From contig NC_068981.1 of the NCBI RefSeq assembly GCF_001194135.2, positions 170,918,546 through 170,971,718 on the forward strand: a stretch of 53,173 nucleotides of DNA, in the 5' to 3' direction. Origin of the DNA: Octopus bimaculoides. Its lineage: Eukaryota. Under the pieces are notes generated by a model. That model was not told where the DNA came from. It saw only the letters and a list, made by a program, of their open reading frames with translations, and searched no databases. The translations under genes were made by a program, and so were the position numbers. Of this stretch, positions 1 to 13,327 are shown piece after piece (within the stretch, counting starts at the first letter, position 1; each line of letters begins with the position of its first letter).

Positions 1-32
<32 letters not shown>

Positions 33-100
33 TATATATACATATATTTACACGTATATGTATATATATATATATATACATTATTATTATTATTATTATC
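1..100. repeat. (TA)n / (ATT)n microsatellite
   Basis: Direct reading of TA dinucleotide and ATT trinucleotide runs. Confidence 0.95.
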
Positions 101-189
101 ATACATATGGACACCAACAAGCACTCACTCATAGACTCACACGCACACAAATACACACACACATATATGTATATTGACATATGTACAAT

Positions 190-430
190 TATGTACCAGC
201 ACTGATATGTATGTACGTCATCATCAGAATTTTCACGCTGTGACTAAAATCCTGATGGTGCCGTAACCTAGAAGATGATACCACGCTCTGAGCTTCTTGG
301 GAGGTGGTGGAGCCAAACAATTTGTGAGATGTCCAGAACAAACTTCTTACAAACTGTAAGGCAAACAGACAAAAAGAAAAGTAAAGAGAAAAATGTTGAC
401 ACCAATATAAGCTTGCCATCTTTTTTGTCC
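190..430 (+). mobile_element. Possible highly decayed RTE-like LINE 3' fragment
   Basis: Frameshifted translation (KIL.V..T*KMIPRSELLGR..TICEM) weakly resembles the RTE C-terminal 'RKIL.V.W.D.IPN.EVL.R' segment. Confidence 0.25.
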
Positions 431-471
431 GCTTGGGAATGATGAAAGGCAAAGTTAACCTTGGATAGAAA

Positions 472-476
472 GATAA

Positions 477-534
<58 letters not shown>

Positions 535-648
535 GGGGGGAAGAGAGACAGAGAGAGACATACATACATACATAGACAGATAGATAGACAGACAGGCAGA
601 CAGACAGACAAACAGACAGAGAGATAGACCGACAGACAGACGGACAGG

Positions 649-687
<39 letters not shown>

Positions 688-697
688 NNNNNNNNNN

Positions 698-747
<50 letters not shown>

Positions 748-798
748 GGTAGGTATGTATGTATGTATGTATGTAGGTAGGTAGGTAGGTAGGTAGGT
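472..798. repeat. Compound (GATA)n/(GA)n/(CAGA)n/(TATG)n/(TAGG)n microsatellite with an internal N gap
   Basis: Direct reading. It explains the three overlapping minus-strand low-complexity ORFs at 189-805. Confidence 0.95.
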
Positions 799-1054
799 CA
801 CGCATATATAACTATGTTTATGCGTGTGTTCCTATTTGCAATTGTAAACCTGTGGGTGGAAAACACCTAGCATCATAGCATCATAATTTTGAAATATCTA
901 TAAAACCGTCAAAACATTATTTATTTTTATGTTTTTTGATTTAATATTAGTGTTGCTTGATATGTTTTGCTAGAATTGCTCTTTCTTTTCAGAAATCATC
1001 AGAAAAAGGTAATTAAAATTCATTAAAATGATAGATCTATTGGGTCGTATCAAG

Positions 1055-1122
1055 TGACTACTAGCGGCGAAAGCCTTAAATAGTATGGGCTTGCCCCACA
1101 GAGAGCATTTCCGGTTACTTTT
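1055..1122 (-). mobile_element. Mariner terminal (TIR-proximal) fragment, same family as 36530-36962
   Basis: gcggcgaaagccttaaatagtatgggcttgccccacagagagcatttccggttactttt aligns with gcggcgaaagcttgaactacaaagggcttgtccaacagagagcatttcgagttactttt at about 36890-36948. Confidence 0.7.
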
Positions 1123-1615
1123 GAATAATTCCTATGTCAGTGAAAGATTTATAGATACATTTAATATACACAAATACACATCTACACCTATACCTCATTC
1201 TCTCTATCTCGTTCTACTCTTTCTGTCTCTCTGTCTACTCACTATCCCTCTCTCTGTCTCTCACACATGCACACGCACACATATATGCAATTATCTATGT
1301 AAGAACGGATGGATTATGAACGTATAAATTCATACGTTTATGTATCTATATGTATACACATATATGTGGATATATATCCATATGCATGCGCATACGAATA
1401 TATGTATGTGCATGTATGTATGTATATATATAGCTTTGTTTGTTTACTGCATAGTTTACGAAAATAATAATAGAAGAGCATTATCAATCATCAATTTACA
1501 AGGAAAATATTCGAATTTTTGGCTAGATGGTTTTTGTGAATAATTCTTAGGATGGCCAAAAAACCAAACTTTGAAGTCAAAATCCATGTTTTTTCTTCTA
1601 AAATTGTTGTATATA

Positions 1616-1661
<46 letters not shown>

Positions 1662-1685
1662 CATACACACATACATACATGAATA

Positions 1686-1752
1686 TAGGCAAAGGCGGTG
1701 CCCCAGCATGGCCAGGGCCTCAAGGCTTATATATTTAAAAGAATAAAAGAAT
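1686..1752 (+). mobile_element. 3' tail fragment of octopus tRNA-derived SINE (family A)
   Basis: ggcggtgccccagcatggcc...taaaagaataaaagaata, the typical tail of this SINE, following a (TA)/(CATA) tract. Confidence 0.55.
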
Positions 1753-2479
1753 ATTATCCGAGTTTGTATGATTGTGTATAGAAGAATATACGAATCAATG
1801 AAATTCCAAACTAGTCTGATTTTCACGTTTTATTATTTCCAATGTTTACAATTTTACAATGTTATAATAGAATATTATATATTTATTGTGATAAAATATT
1901 ATATATCTCAATAAATATATAATATTCTAAGCCACCATCAGTCACTGATTATAAGATATTCTATCATAATATTGTAAAACTGAAAAGTTGTAAGCAATAA
2001 AACGTGAAAATCAGAATAGGTTAGAATGTTATTAATGTATGTGTGTGTGCGTGTGTGTGTATGGATATATATATATATATATATATATATANNNNNNNNN
2101 NNNNNNNNNNNNNNNNNNNNNNNNNNNNNNNNNNNNNNNNNNNNNNNNNNNNNNNNNNNNNNNNNNNNNNNNNNNNNNNNNNNNNNNNNNNNNNNNNNNN
2201 NNNNNNNNNNNNNNNNNNNNNNNNNNNNNNNNNNNNNNNNNNNNNNNNNNNNNNNNNNNNNNNNNNNNNNNNNNNNNNNNNNNNNNNNNNNNNNNNNNNN
2301 NNNNNNNNNNNNNNNNNNNNNNNNNNNNNNNNNNNNNNNNNNNNNNNNNNNNNNNNNNNNNNNNNNNNNNNNTATATATATACTTCTACGTGCAAAAATA
2401 TACATCCGCATATATTAGTATATATGTGTCTATGTTTTTTTTTGTGTGTATTTATATAAGGTTTATGTGCTATAGAGGA

Positions 2480-4674
2480 TAGGGTAGGTCAATTTTGGAA
2501 CTGTAATCTTGGATCAGTCTAGATAGAAAGGTATTAATGTACGGAAAACTTTCCATTAACTCTTATTAATGAAAATTATTCTGTTTTGAGGATTCTCAGT
2601 AATTTTTAAGTTGTAAAATTGTATAATTTTATACATAAAAAGGCAACCACTGGACCTGATTTAATCGAAATAATCAATTAAAATTTGTACTTTTCAAAAA
2701 AAACAATACTTGAAAATTGTTTTAAATGCTTTGTAGATGTTTATTGAGATATTATTTTGTGCTCTCTAGTGATATTTGCCTATAAAATGCTTATAAAATT
2801 TAAATTATTTTCAGATATTTCATGAAAATGGGTAGAAAAAGGCAGTCTGCAGTATTAACTCGAAATGATAATGCCAATAAATTCGGTTGTCAGCCTTCCC
2901 TTTTAGATAAAAACCTTTAGAGCCTCCTACCCTCCGCCAAGTTCCTCAGTACAGTTATATTAGCTAATATAAGAGCAAAGGATTTAACTGGGATCTGGCA
3001 GGCAGTGAACCCACGTTGACCCCTGTGTGAGGAATATTATATAATGAAATTGGTGGATAAAGTGTGCTTCAAGAAAGCAAAAGACATAAACCGCAACTCT
3101 CTTTCCAAGGAGGAAAAGCTGGATAAAATTTTTGACATTTCTGCTTGAACCTCTTAGCTAATTCTTCGTCCTTGTGATGACAATGGTGGGAAGTCGAAGA
3201 AGGAAAATTGTTCAGCACATAATCTGCACGTGTCCTTGCAGCAAGAAGGCAAAGCTATTTTTTTTACTTTTAACTAATCTTACTTAACTCGATTTGTTGT
3301 CTTTTAAACAGAAGAAAATCCCATGGATGTAATTAGAAAATATAAGCATTTTCCTTTTGTAATCTACATTTCCCCTCTTGTATAAAAAATTAATCATTAA
3401 TTTTTTCATGATTTTATCTCTTGTTTTAAATCCACTGTTCAATATTTCAAGTTCCAGTACAGGGAACGCTTAAGAGATCAGAGGGCCTAAATAGGACACA
3501 AGGGTTCTGTCCAGCTTGGGTCTGTGGATAAAGCTGCTGTGAAGAGAAACCAGAGAGTTGAAGCAGAAAGATTACAGGGACAGATTCAACAGCAGCAGGA
3601 ATTTGATTTGGCCACATTTGCCTCCACATCATCGCAAGATATTTCCTTGGGATCTAGCTCGGGAGAATCAGAAGAGGTAACATTTTTTCCTACATCTGAA
3701 TCCACTTTTTATCTAGTTTATTTTTACTTTTTGTCTGCGCTGAGGGAGTAGTAGATTGAAACCCCTTAGACGGAAGATTAATGTGTTGTGAGTATGAAGA
3801 TAGATGAGGGAAGATAGTAAAATTGTAAATGGCTGTGTTCTCTGTGTTCAGTACAAAGCACCTTGTGCATGGGTAAGTCTCGGTACCCCGCCCGTCGGGC
3901 GTACAAGTGTTCTCTACCTGCACCGAAATTTTTATTTTGTGTCCTCTCTCGTTGGGACCAAGACGTGGAAATCCAGTGCCTTATCCACTCGGCTACGAGA
4001 GCTCCAGTTTTATAGTGAAATAAAAACTAAATTTATTTTTATTCTTTCAAAAGTGGGAAGCCAGCCACACACTGGTTAACGTTAGTTAACCTTTCTCAAA
4101 GTGTGATCTGTGAACCTACTCATAGAGAAAACTTTTCCGGCCAGGAACTTCAAAAAGCATTAATGAATGGCAACAATCTGGAGCTGCCTGATTTGCCTTC
4201 ACATTCTCAGAATATTGAAAGGGCAGTGAAGTTGACATCTGAAGCTTCCCATACTGTTTATGAACTCGGATGAAGGCACAAACACATTCTGCCCAAAGCC
4301 TTAAGCCGCCGTTTAAGACCTTCCTTTGCTTCTGATAGTTGTTACAGCAAAAATTATGATGATTTTGGTATCTAAATTTGTCTTATTTGACTCTATAGAG
4401 TTTGTGTATGCTTTTACTCGTTTTCAATAAAGATGCAACATTTTTGTGGATTTTTCAAATGATAATAACATGTTTATTTTTTCGATCGGAATATGGTGAA
4501 GATGCGCTGTTTTTTTATTACAGTATTTTGAAGTTTTTTTAAACAGTTTCCTCCAAAAATGGTTAGAGCTAGGGAGATGGATTTTGTTTCTCAGTTATTA
4601 TCATATTAAGCCCTCAATATCTCGATTAGTCCAAAGTCATTAACTACAAAAGTGTAGAAAATCAGCCTGCCCTA
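2480..4674 (+). mobile_element. Internally deleted, degenerate TIR DNA transposon, probably hAT-related (hATm-like); Sola2 is a less likely alternative
   Basis: Imperfect TIRs TAGGGTAGGTCAATTTT (2480) and revcomp TAGGGCAGGCTGATTTT (ending 4674). Flanks ATAGAGGA/ATTGTGAA match at 5/8 positions, consistent with an eroded 8-bp TSD. Transposase relics: KLDKIFDISA (~3115), LRDQR..QLGSVDKAAVKRNQR (~3470-3560), EPTHRENFSGQELQKAL...LPSHSQNIERAVKLTSEASHTVY...SRRLRPSFAS (~4110-4335). Stops and frameshifts present. Confidence 0.75.
3732..4005 (-). mobile_element. Putative tRNA-headed SINE-like insert (family C) nested in the hAT-like element
   Basis: Minus strand starts GCTCTCGTAGCCGAGTGGATAAGGCACTGGATTTCC (tRNA 5' half with A box), has no B box and ends in an A-rich tail. 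It is flanked by similar tttatttttact/tttatttttatt sequences. Confidence 0.5.
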
Positions 4675-6118
4675 ATTGTGAACCTCTATCGTTGATTGAT
4701 AATGATAGATGTTGCTTCTCGGCGTACATTATGTCCAATGTGTTTATGGGAATGTTTTGAGAATTATCATTGTGCTAGGTGAATTAATCCAGTCTGCAAT
4801 TTTGATTGATACTCGCCACCAAAGAAGTCGAACACGCAGTCATTTAAACCCATATTGTGAAGGGATGTAACTAATAATATAATAGTCATCAAACGAGATA
4901 ATCTCTTCTCCAGACGGTTGTGTTGCTAGAAATACCAACCAATTATTATTCAAATGACAATCCAAAGAATACTAAACTGGAGAGTAAAAAGCGAATGTAG
5001 CCATTTCGTGTCGGATTTTACAGCAGAGTCATCTCTAAAGACAACAGTATCCAAATATACAGTATCCAAGTGTACAATCTATATAGATAAGCTTATTTCC
5101 TAAATTATTTTCCACTATTTTATTTTTCTACTATGCCTCAGCATCATTTGAAATCTAATGGTTTTCTTATGCGACTAGGGATTAGACAATAACAACAATA
5201 ATAACTATAATGTATGGTGAAATTTATATGGCGCTTTAGCGATTCTGCCACTTGGTCACACTTTCTAATGGGATAATAATGTACGTTTATTGATTGAATC
5301 TATCCTTTCAGAGAGACACGTGATGTATACATATTTGTGTGTATGTGCGTATATTATTCTCGACGTTTGTGTGTGTGTGTGTATTTTCTTTGACGTTTCT
5401 GTGTGTGTATGTGTGCGTATGTGTGTGTGTCAATTTTATTGTCATGCTTTTCACGTGTTTTTGTTTTACTTTGTTTTGCAATATTTAACGCAACCTCATA
5501 TAATTTCCAGTGAAAATTGGTAAAAATTAGCGAGGCGGAAATTTTCCATCGTCTCAAGGTGTAATAATAATTCGAATCTTTTTTTTATCACACAGCAGAG
5601 TTCTGTTTTCTCTTTTTTTATTTTTATTTTAACCGTTTAAAAATATACAAATTCACATACCGTAGACTCCTAGAGCTAAACTCAAGCAAAAAGAAAAAAA
5701 TTACTTGATCAGCTGAAATTATTCAAGCTACTAGTTTCCTTCTGATGTGATTTAAATAGAAGAAAAACAAATGAGAAAGCAATAAGTCCAATAACTACTT
5801 TTGTCCGATAGTTTTTGACCATTGAGACATTACAAACTTGGATGGGTAACGTGATTAAAAAAAACAACAGATTGATAGCCATGGGTGTGATTTAATATCA
5901 GAAGAAACCTTCAGGAAAAAGTTAATGTCGTCAGACTCATTATAACTATCAACAATATGGATATACAAAGATAAATTAGAGGAGGTTCACGTCGATTAAT
6001 AATATATTCCATAAATAGCTTTTTATATGGTGGTTCACAATTCTCGCTCATTACTTATTCATGAATACATATGTATTCAGAGAGAGTGATAGCAATGCAG
6101 AAAAACACGATTAGGTTT

Positions 6119-6192
6119 CATACATATATACATACATACATACATACATACATACATACATACATGCATACATACATACATACATATATACA
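6119..6192. repeat. (TACA)n microsatellite
   Basis: Direct reading. Confidence 0.95.
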
Positions 6193-6269
6193 TGATGAAT
6201 ATATAGGGGTGTACCAAACCGGGAATAATTCAGAAAAATAGACACTATTAACAGGTATATAGACATGTT

Positions 6270-6497
6270 GGCTTCAAAATTTCGCACAAGGCCAGCAATT
6301 TCAGTGCAAGAAGTAAATCAATTTCATCGATCCCAATGATCATCTGGTACTTATTTTATCGACTAGTACTTATTTTAATCCGAAAGGATTAAAAGCAAAT
6401 TCGATCCCGGCGGCATATCAACTTAGAATGTAAAGATAGACGAAATACCGCTAAGAATTTTGCCAGGTGGGATAACATTTGTACAAACTCACAGCCT

Positions 6498-6498
<1 letters not shown>
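6270..6498 (-). mobile_element. Octopus tRNA-derived SINE (family B)
   Basis: Reverse complement matches the in-window consensus (...gagttgatatgccgccgggatcgaatttgc...taagtaccag...ggccttgtgcgaaattttgaagcc) shared with the copies at 39793, 50346 and 51766. Confidence 0.8.
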
Positions 6499-6538
<40 letters not shown>

Positions 6539-7446
6539 TATTTTACCTGGAGTCGAAAAAATACAGAAAACTGATGGGAAAATGCATAGTATTTTAACAC
6601 AACAGCTGTTTCTAGGAGCTCGGAGTTGTACTGTACGGAATAAGTGGATGGAGTGTGCAAAAAGGCATGGATATGCAGTCAGTAGATGGATTTATGTAAA
6701 CTTCACCATAAACTGGCTTCCTTTGTCATGGGGGGATGTTTGGCAAATAAGAGTTCACATGATGGTGAGAGAAATTTAATGGTTGAATGGGGAAGAGGAA
6801 GGAGAGTAAAAGTCAGGGTGGTGATAGATACAGGAGGGTATAAAATTAACGATATCCATAAATTTAATTTAATCATAAAATTAGCAAATGAAATAATAGA
6901 CCAATAATAATAAGAGTAATAGTGGTAGTAGTAGTGATAGAGATGATAATAATAACAACAATAACATCAACATACACTAAGTAACTTGATACAAAACATA
7001 CAACCATTCACCATTTGCTGATTACTGACCCACTCTTCGGTAGCTAGTCACATGTTTTGAAAAGGTCAAAATTTAGGCTATTTTTAAAATACTACCACCA
7101 TGTGTATGAAATATTTTGGTTTAATTTGTATGTAGTCGAAATGGGATTTGAAACGTTGTTAATAACAACCTGAAGAAGCAGCAATTACCACCAAAATGCG
7201 CAAAATTTTATAGAGTGCACGAAAAATGCAAGAAACCTATATAGGTGCAGAAATGGAAAGGCGTGATTGACTGCAAAATAAAACTGGATATATAAATCTC
7301 TGTTCCCCTTATTATTAATTTATATAGATATAAGCTGTAAGACCTTCTATTTATAAATGTTCTAAAATCTTTCACAGCCTTGGATTTTTATCTCATTCTG
7401 AAAATTTATATNNNNNNNNNNCTTGGATTTTTATCTCATTCTGAAA

Positions 7447-7485
<39 letters not shown>

Positions 7486-7539
7486 TGGCGATGCGGCTGC
7501 CTTTACAAGATTGTATGTGAATCTTTATTCTTTGTTATA

Positions 7540-8150
7540 ACTTTTCTCTGGCTTATTTTAAATTTTATCAGTATTCACTTTTGTTTTAATTTCCCATGAC
7601 CATACGCCAAAATTCGACTTGAAAATGTTAGGCAATCAATCCAAACTTTTCTTGTCATTCATATCATAGCTTTATATATTAAGAATCCCCGACAGCAATA
7701 CCATCTCTCTGATGAATTCCAAATCAATTTCTCTTCCTAAAAATGTTATCTCAAACTCTCACTTTCTTCTACACTTCTTTTGGTATTATCATATTTGCTT
7801 TCCTCTAAACCAGTATATTTTACTTATTTTCTGATATTAATAAAACTCTTATTCTTTAAACTAATATCTCATTTTTCTTTAGTCTCCTACTATTTTCGAT
7901 TTTTTCTTCATATTTCCATTCCCTGATCTCTGTTCTAGTCTCTCACCTCTTTATTTTCTCCAATTAAATCTGAATTAATCTTTTAATTTTATTTCTCAAC
8001 GCACTTCACGATATAATTACATTTTCAGTCTTTCTCAAGTTACATCCTCCTCTTACTTTCAGCAGCGCGACATATTCTATACCACATGCGGTTTTTTTTT
8101 TCCATCAACTTCTTACCCACTTTCTAGTGTCCATTACCAATTCCTTCTAA
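7540..8150 (-). mobile_element. Possible decayed L1/Tx1-like ORF2 C-terminal relic (strongly purine-skewed on the minus strand)
   Basis: Broken translation EV*KKVR.EITFLGREIDLEFIREMVLLSGILNI...IFKSNFGVW. The resemblance is weak and no diagnostic motif is intact. Confidence 0.25.
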
Positions 8151-8734
8151 TATTTTCTATCTCTGCTTCTCACTTTTATTATCCCCTTCTCTGTTTCACA
8201 CCACTATCTCTCTCCTTCTTTCTTTCTCTATCTCAGTTGATGTATGTGCGTATGTGTGTGTGCATGCGTGATTGCGTGTATATCGGTACATACACATGTA
8301 TTAAACAGAAATACTTAAAGAGAATTACTCAAATATTTCTAGTTCTATTAACTCCGTCTCTAGAGGATGTGTCCCAGTTAAAGACTAGTTATTTAGAAGA
8401 GTTCCACAAACGAAGGGAAGATAACCTCAAGCTTCAAGGATTATCCATATTTGACATTCCGCTAGAAAATAAGTCAGCCTAATATCTAGTGATAACAGAG
8501 CAGTTGTGGATGTGTATTTCAGTTTCAAGAGCCATTTCCAGCACGACAATTGTCCTAACCTATTTCTAGCAGCCTAGTGACAAGGACATAGAAAAAAAAG
8601 AAAAGAAAAATTTGAATAGATTAAGCAAAAATAGAGAAAACAACGCAGAGTAGTGAGTGACGTTAACATAACACAGAATTAAACGGGTATTCCAAATACC
8701 ATAAAATGCATATTCTTCATATTCTTCATAATCT

Positions 8735-9525
8735 TCTTTAACATCAGAAGACTATCAGTTAAGTTAAGGACCTCTTCAACTCTTATTAGAGACCTCCTCT
8801 GTGCAGATGAAATCTTATGAATGCAATTTCAGTGATTTGTGAAGCACTTAGCTAACCATAAATGTAACCAAAACTGTTGTCATGTTTCTGCCAGCACCAG
8901 GAATGCCATACATAGAACCTGGTATCTTCGTCTGTGGAAGAAAACTTATGGTTTCTAAGTTTGTTTACTTAGAGTGCACAGTAAACACATCAGCGAATCT
9001 TAATGAAGTGTCACTACGTATTCAGAAAGCTAGTTTTGCTTTGGGCAAACTGGAAGACTGCCTATGGTCTAGGCATGGTATTTCCACTGCTACAAAGATT
9101 AAGGTACACAATACATGTATCTTAACTTCTTTATTGCATGCTTGCGAAACTTGGACTGTGTATCGTAAGCACTTAAAACGTATGGAACGTTTTCATCAAC
9201 AATGTCTCAGAAGGATTTTTAGGATCAGCTGGAAAATGTTTGTGAGTGACGATGAGGTGTTTGAATGAGGGAAATATTTCAGTATTGAAGGTTTGCAGTA
9301 CACATTGAGATGGAGTGGACACTTAATCAGAATGACAGACAATGCCTAAACAACATTTTTACGGAGAACTGGTGTCAAGTAAGCGTCTGTCCCACAAACC
9401 AAATATGAGGTACAAAGATTGTCTGAAGTTAGGATTCAATAAGATAAATGTTACAATTGACAACTAGGAAGATTTAGGGCATTGCCGAGAAAAGTGGAAA
9501 AAGGTTGTGCATGTAGGCAGGTAAA
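8735..9525 (+). mobile_element. RTE-clade (BovB-like) LINE, 3' part of RT/C-terminal region, decayed
   Basis: IRDLLCAD, KTVVMFLPAPG.PY.EP.I.V, KFVYL, RIQKASFALGKL, TKIKV...ILTSLLHACETWTVYRKHLKRMERFHQQCLRRIFRISW, LRWSGHLIRM, FYGEL...RYKDCLK. Confidence 0.92.
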
Positions 9526-10729
9526 AGATGTAATAGGAAATCTAATAGTAACATAAACGTTATAGTAGGGTCAATTGACGCTGTGACACTCTCAATAAAC
9601 GTTAAAATATACTTTGCTTATTTAAATGACATAGAGTTATTTTTATCTGTAAATTTTCACGAACCTTTATATTGTTTCATGATTCGACTTACAGACAGTA
9701 ACGGATTCTGTAGCATATTCAACCAGTATATATAGTTTCTACCGATGATAAGATGCGCGGAGACTTTCGAAAATCCGGTTGGACTTTCACTGAATTGTGG
9801 GTGAAGCATTCATGGTTTTATATTTTGTATATCATCATATGTGTAAATGATATATTCATTTAAGTAACTAAGCTGAGGGAGCACAATTTTACTTCTTTCT
9901 AAATATGTAACTATTTATTATCTTCAACATTCTTCGAGATACAACTTAAATTTCATCACTCAGTGAATGACACAATCTTTAGAGCATTGGAGGGACTGCC
10001 TTACGTTTTTTGCTCAAGTACTTTGCATTCTGAATTCAAATTTCCTCGTGTGCTACTTGGGTAATTTACCTAGCATTTCATTCGGTTGGACACCAAAACC
10101 AGAAAATTTAGCTTCATTAGAGGATCTAAATCGTTTCCAAGCATTCTTACCGGATCATCTCTTTGTGAATACCGTCCTCGCTGCTCTCTTAATAGTCTCG
10201 AACATACTAGCGTTGTCTTTCTCCATGACCATATGATTTATATAAAAATTACATTTTCAGTACTGTCAAATCTGGGATCCAAGAAAACCTCTGTTAGTTT
10301 CCTGCGGTAAATATAATACACACGAAAATTCATTGAACTGTTTAGTGAGTTGATTTGCCGTAACACAAATCTAAAGGCACCGTTCATGACAAACTATCTT
10401 ATATAACACTGATATGAATTATACAATACATGTTTATATGTTTTAAGTATCTTTTGGTTACATACTTTTTGCAAAATACATTGGCGTCTATTTCACGTTC
10501 AACTAATACTGATGAACGGAACGGAAGAAGACCTGCAAAACTATGATTACAATTATATTTTTGTCTAAGGGGAATAAATCAAAGTAAATTTATGAGTCGA
10601 TTAATCTTCCATTAATATGTCTTAAAAAAAGAAGGAAATGTGTCTACTTCACATACAATCACACGCGTACACACATACTAATACAAATACACAGATACAC
10701 ACTGCTATGGATTTTATATATATCCATCA

Positions 10730-10851
10730 TACATATGTATGTATATACATACATACATATATGTATATATATATATATATATNNNNNNNNNNNNNNNNNN
10801 NNNNNNNNNNNNNNNNNNNNNNNNNNNNNNNNNNNNNNNNNNNNNNNNNNN

Positions 10852-10917
<66 letters not shown>

Positions 10918-11010
10918 CATACATATAAGTATATGCCTAGGTGTGTGTATGTATGTATGTATGCGTGTATGTATGTATGTATATGTACATATATGTGTAT
11001 GCCACTCTGT
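10730..11010. repeat. (TA)n-gap-(TG)n/(TATG)n microsatellite block
   Basis: Direct reading. Confidence 0.95.
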
Positions 11011-11387
11011 GTGTGTGTGTTTTCAGCAGACGTCTATTGTTCACTTTAAATTGTGGCGGAAACTTTTTTTTTATAAATTTTTATATAATTTTGTTTTCAT
11101 ATACAAATCATTTTACAACTCGAGGCATAGATTAGAATTCAAGTTAGTTATATTTTCATACTTTTCTTTTTTTCAATGTGAATTTTATATTTCTAAGAGT
11201 AGAATTTATTTAATTCTTGCACAGTCCATAATTATCTTTGGTATGCCTATTCCTAAAATAAAGATTAATGCAGATTAATCTTATGTATTGCTTCAAGAAA
11301 TTTGTGTTGGAAATGCTAAGAAAGATTGGAAGGTACTCAGATTATTTTCCTCATTCCTTTCTTTTTCTTACATGCTCTCTAAAATTC

Positions 11388-11414
11388 CCTCTCTCTCTCT
11401 CTCTTTGTCTTTCT

Positions 11415-11457
<43 letters not shown>

Positions 11458-11468
11458 CACACATACAC
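11388..11468. repeat. (CT)n/(CA)n microsatellite
   Basis: Direct reading. Confidence 0.9.
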
Positions 11469-13121
11469 ACAATATCTTTATCTCTCTTGAAACTTACATT
11501 TTATTCCTTGTGAAACTACAAAATTTATTTGGTCAGTGAGTATTGTCAGTAGCATAAGTGTCCGAAATGGCTGGCGAAACAATTTTGATATTTGCATAAT
11601 GTTTCAATTTCTGCTGGAGTTAAGAAACAATAAATAAATAAATAATCTCCCCCGATCAACCTACAATTAATTATGAAGATCTGTACCAACGAAACTTTAC
11701 TCCATTTTATTGGAGAGCCTCACTTATGAGTGCAAATATATCACACATATATTTCTTTAGTTTTCCATCTCCGAGGAAGTTTTGGTGTTCTGTCTTTGAT
11801 GGGATCTTGTAACATATACTTTATCGTCACTAAAGGTTGTACGTAGTGCTCACATATCTTGTACGAACACTACCAACACTCATAGCAATCTATTTAGTTT
11901 GTCGGTGTTAGAACGTCGGTTCTCTTTGACAAAACCGCATATATATTATATAATATCAAGAAATATTCCCTAGTGTGTTCGACAGACCCCCCAAAAGTGA
12001 TTTAATATTATATGAATAACTAAGAGATTTAATCGACTAAAAGTCCCATAAAGATTTGCCAAAATTCTTTTACCCACAAGATCTCATTCAATTTCATTAG
12101 CCCTTGAGATTATTTTACAAAAATATACACATGGTTTTTGTTGCTTCCATTCAATTTCCACTGTGCTTTAGCATAATGTTGGGCAAATGGACACTAGCCT
12201 TATATAGAATAACAAAAAGCTAATAAATTCCAGCCAAGACCATACCCCTCAATTCGAGTTATTTAGAATGAGAATTGTCTTCAAATTTATTTTTTAATTT
12301 TTATCATATTGAGAGAGTTTTGTCTATCATTGCTATGATATCGACGTTTCCATCGTTCTTTCACAGTAAACTATTAAGTTATGCCATAGGCATGTTACAT
12401 AAGATATGAGATCCAGTTCCCCAAATTCTCCGTATTGAATATTAAAATATTCAATATATATATATATTTGTTCCGAAAACATAATTTGTTCCGAAACACT
12501 TTCTATTGTTCATACTCGCATGTTTGTTATTTTCGCTTTCACGTCGGAATTCGAAATTCTAGCATTTTTAATATTATATATGAGAAAATCATGAAGAAAT
12601 TCTACTCATGTTTGACTTATATATCTCTGCTTTTATAATTATATCAGTGTTTTAATATCAACATTTTAATATTAATTTATATGTCACTACTTAACTTATT
12701 TCTAATTATGCGTTACCTTTGGGAATGATGTTCCATGGACAATAAGAATATTACTTTAATGCAAATTTCCCTCGTTAATTCTTATAAATTATTTCTTATA
12801 AAATTGATTTTCTTTAACATGAATAAAGTCAAATGTAAGAATAAAAAATTTTCTCGTAGAATTGTTTCTGGTTTATAATATCATTATGCATTACAGAAAA
12901 TGGGGGAAATTATAAATGTGCACTCGATGTGAGTGTATGCGTGAATATGAAAATATAAATTAAATATTTATCTGAGGCAAACCTATATATAGCTGATAAA
13001 ATTACATATCTGGAAATGCACAAGAACGCATGTATTTATATTTCCAAGCACGGAAGCACACGTGAGAGAATTAAAGAATAAAATTATAAGAGAAGCAGAC
13101 ATAATAAAAGCAAAGAAAATA

Positions 13122-13126
13122 TACAT

Positions 13127-13188
<62 letters not shown>

Positions 13189-13293
13189 ACGCACATATAT
13201 AGATATATACATATATATAGATGTGCACACATATATATGTATATAAAGATAGATACATGTATATATGTATATAAAGATAGATACATGTATATA

Positions 13294-13327
<34 letters not shown>

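Noticed and set aside
189-805. Long minus-strand ORFs rich in LSIY/SIYL
   Set aside because: These are translations of (GATA)n/(GA)n microsatellites and run through an N gap.
1938-2482. ORFs of 120-220 aa spanning N runs (also at 19172-19911, 22571-23230, 41246-41934 and 44785-45425)
   Set aside because: They are open only because N codons are not stops. The only real coding remnant among them is the Penelope fragment after 45190.
3966-4005. Apparent tRNA gene on the minus strand
   Set aside because: Only the 5' half is present, with no T-arm/B box or acceptor-stem partner. It is treated as a SINE head.
6547-6630. 84-nt minus-strand AG...GT segment open in two frames (YNSELLETAVVLKYYAFSHQFSVFFRLQ)
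   Set aside because: It is isolated, with a moderate donor and no recognisable homology, and is within the chance expectation for 53 kb.
7379-7452. Direct duplication of cttggatttttatctcattctgaaaatttatat (and gtatacatgtgtg at 14957-15005)
   Set aside because: The two copies sit on either side of a 10-N gap, the typical signature of unmerged overlapping contig ends.
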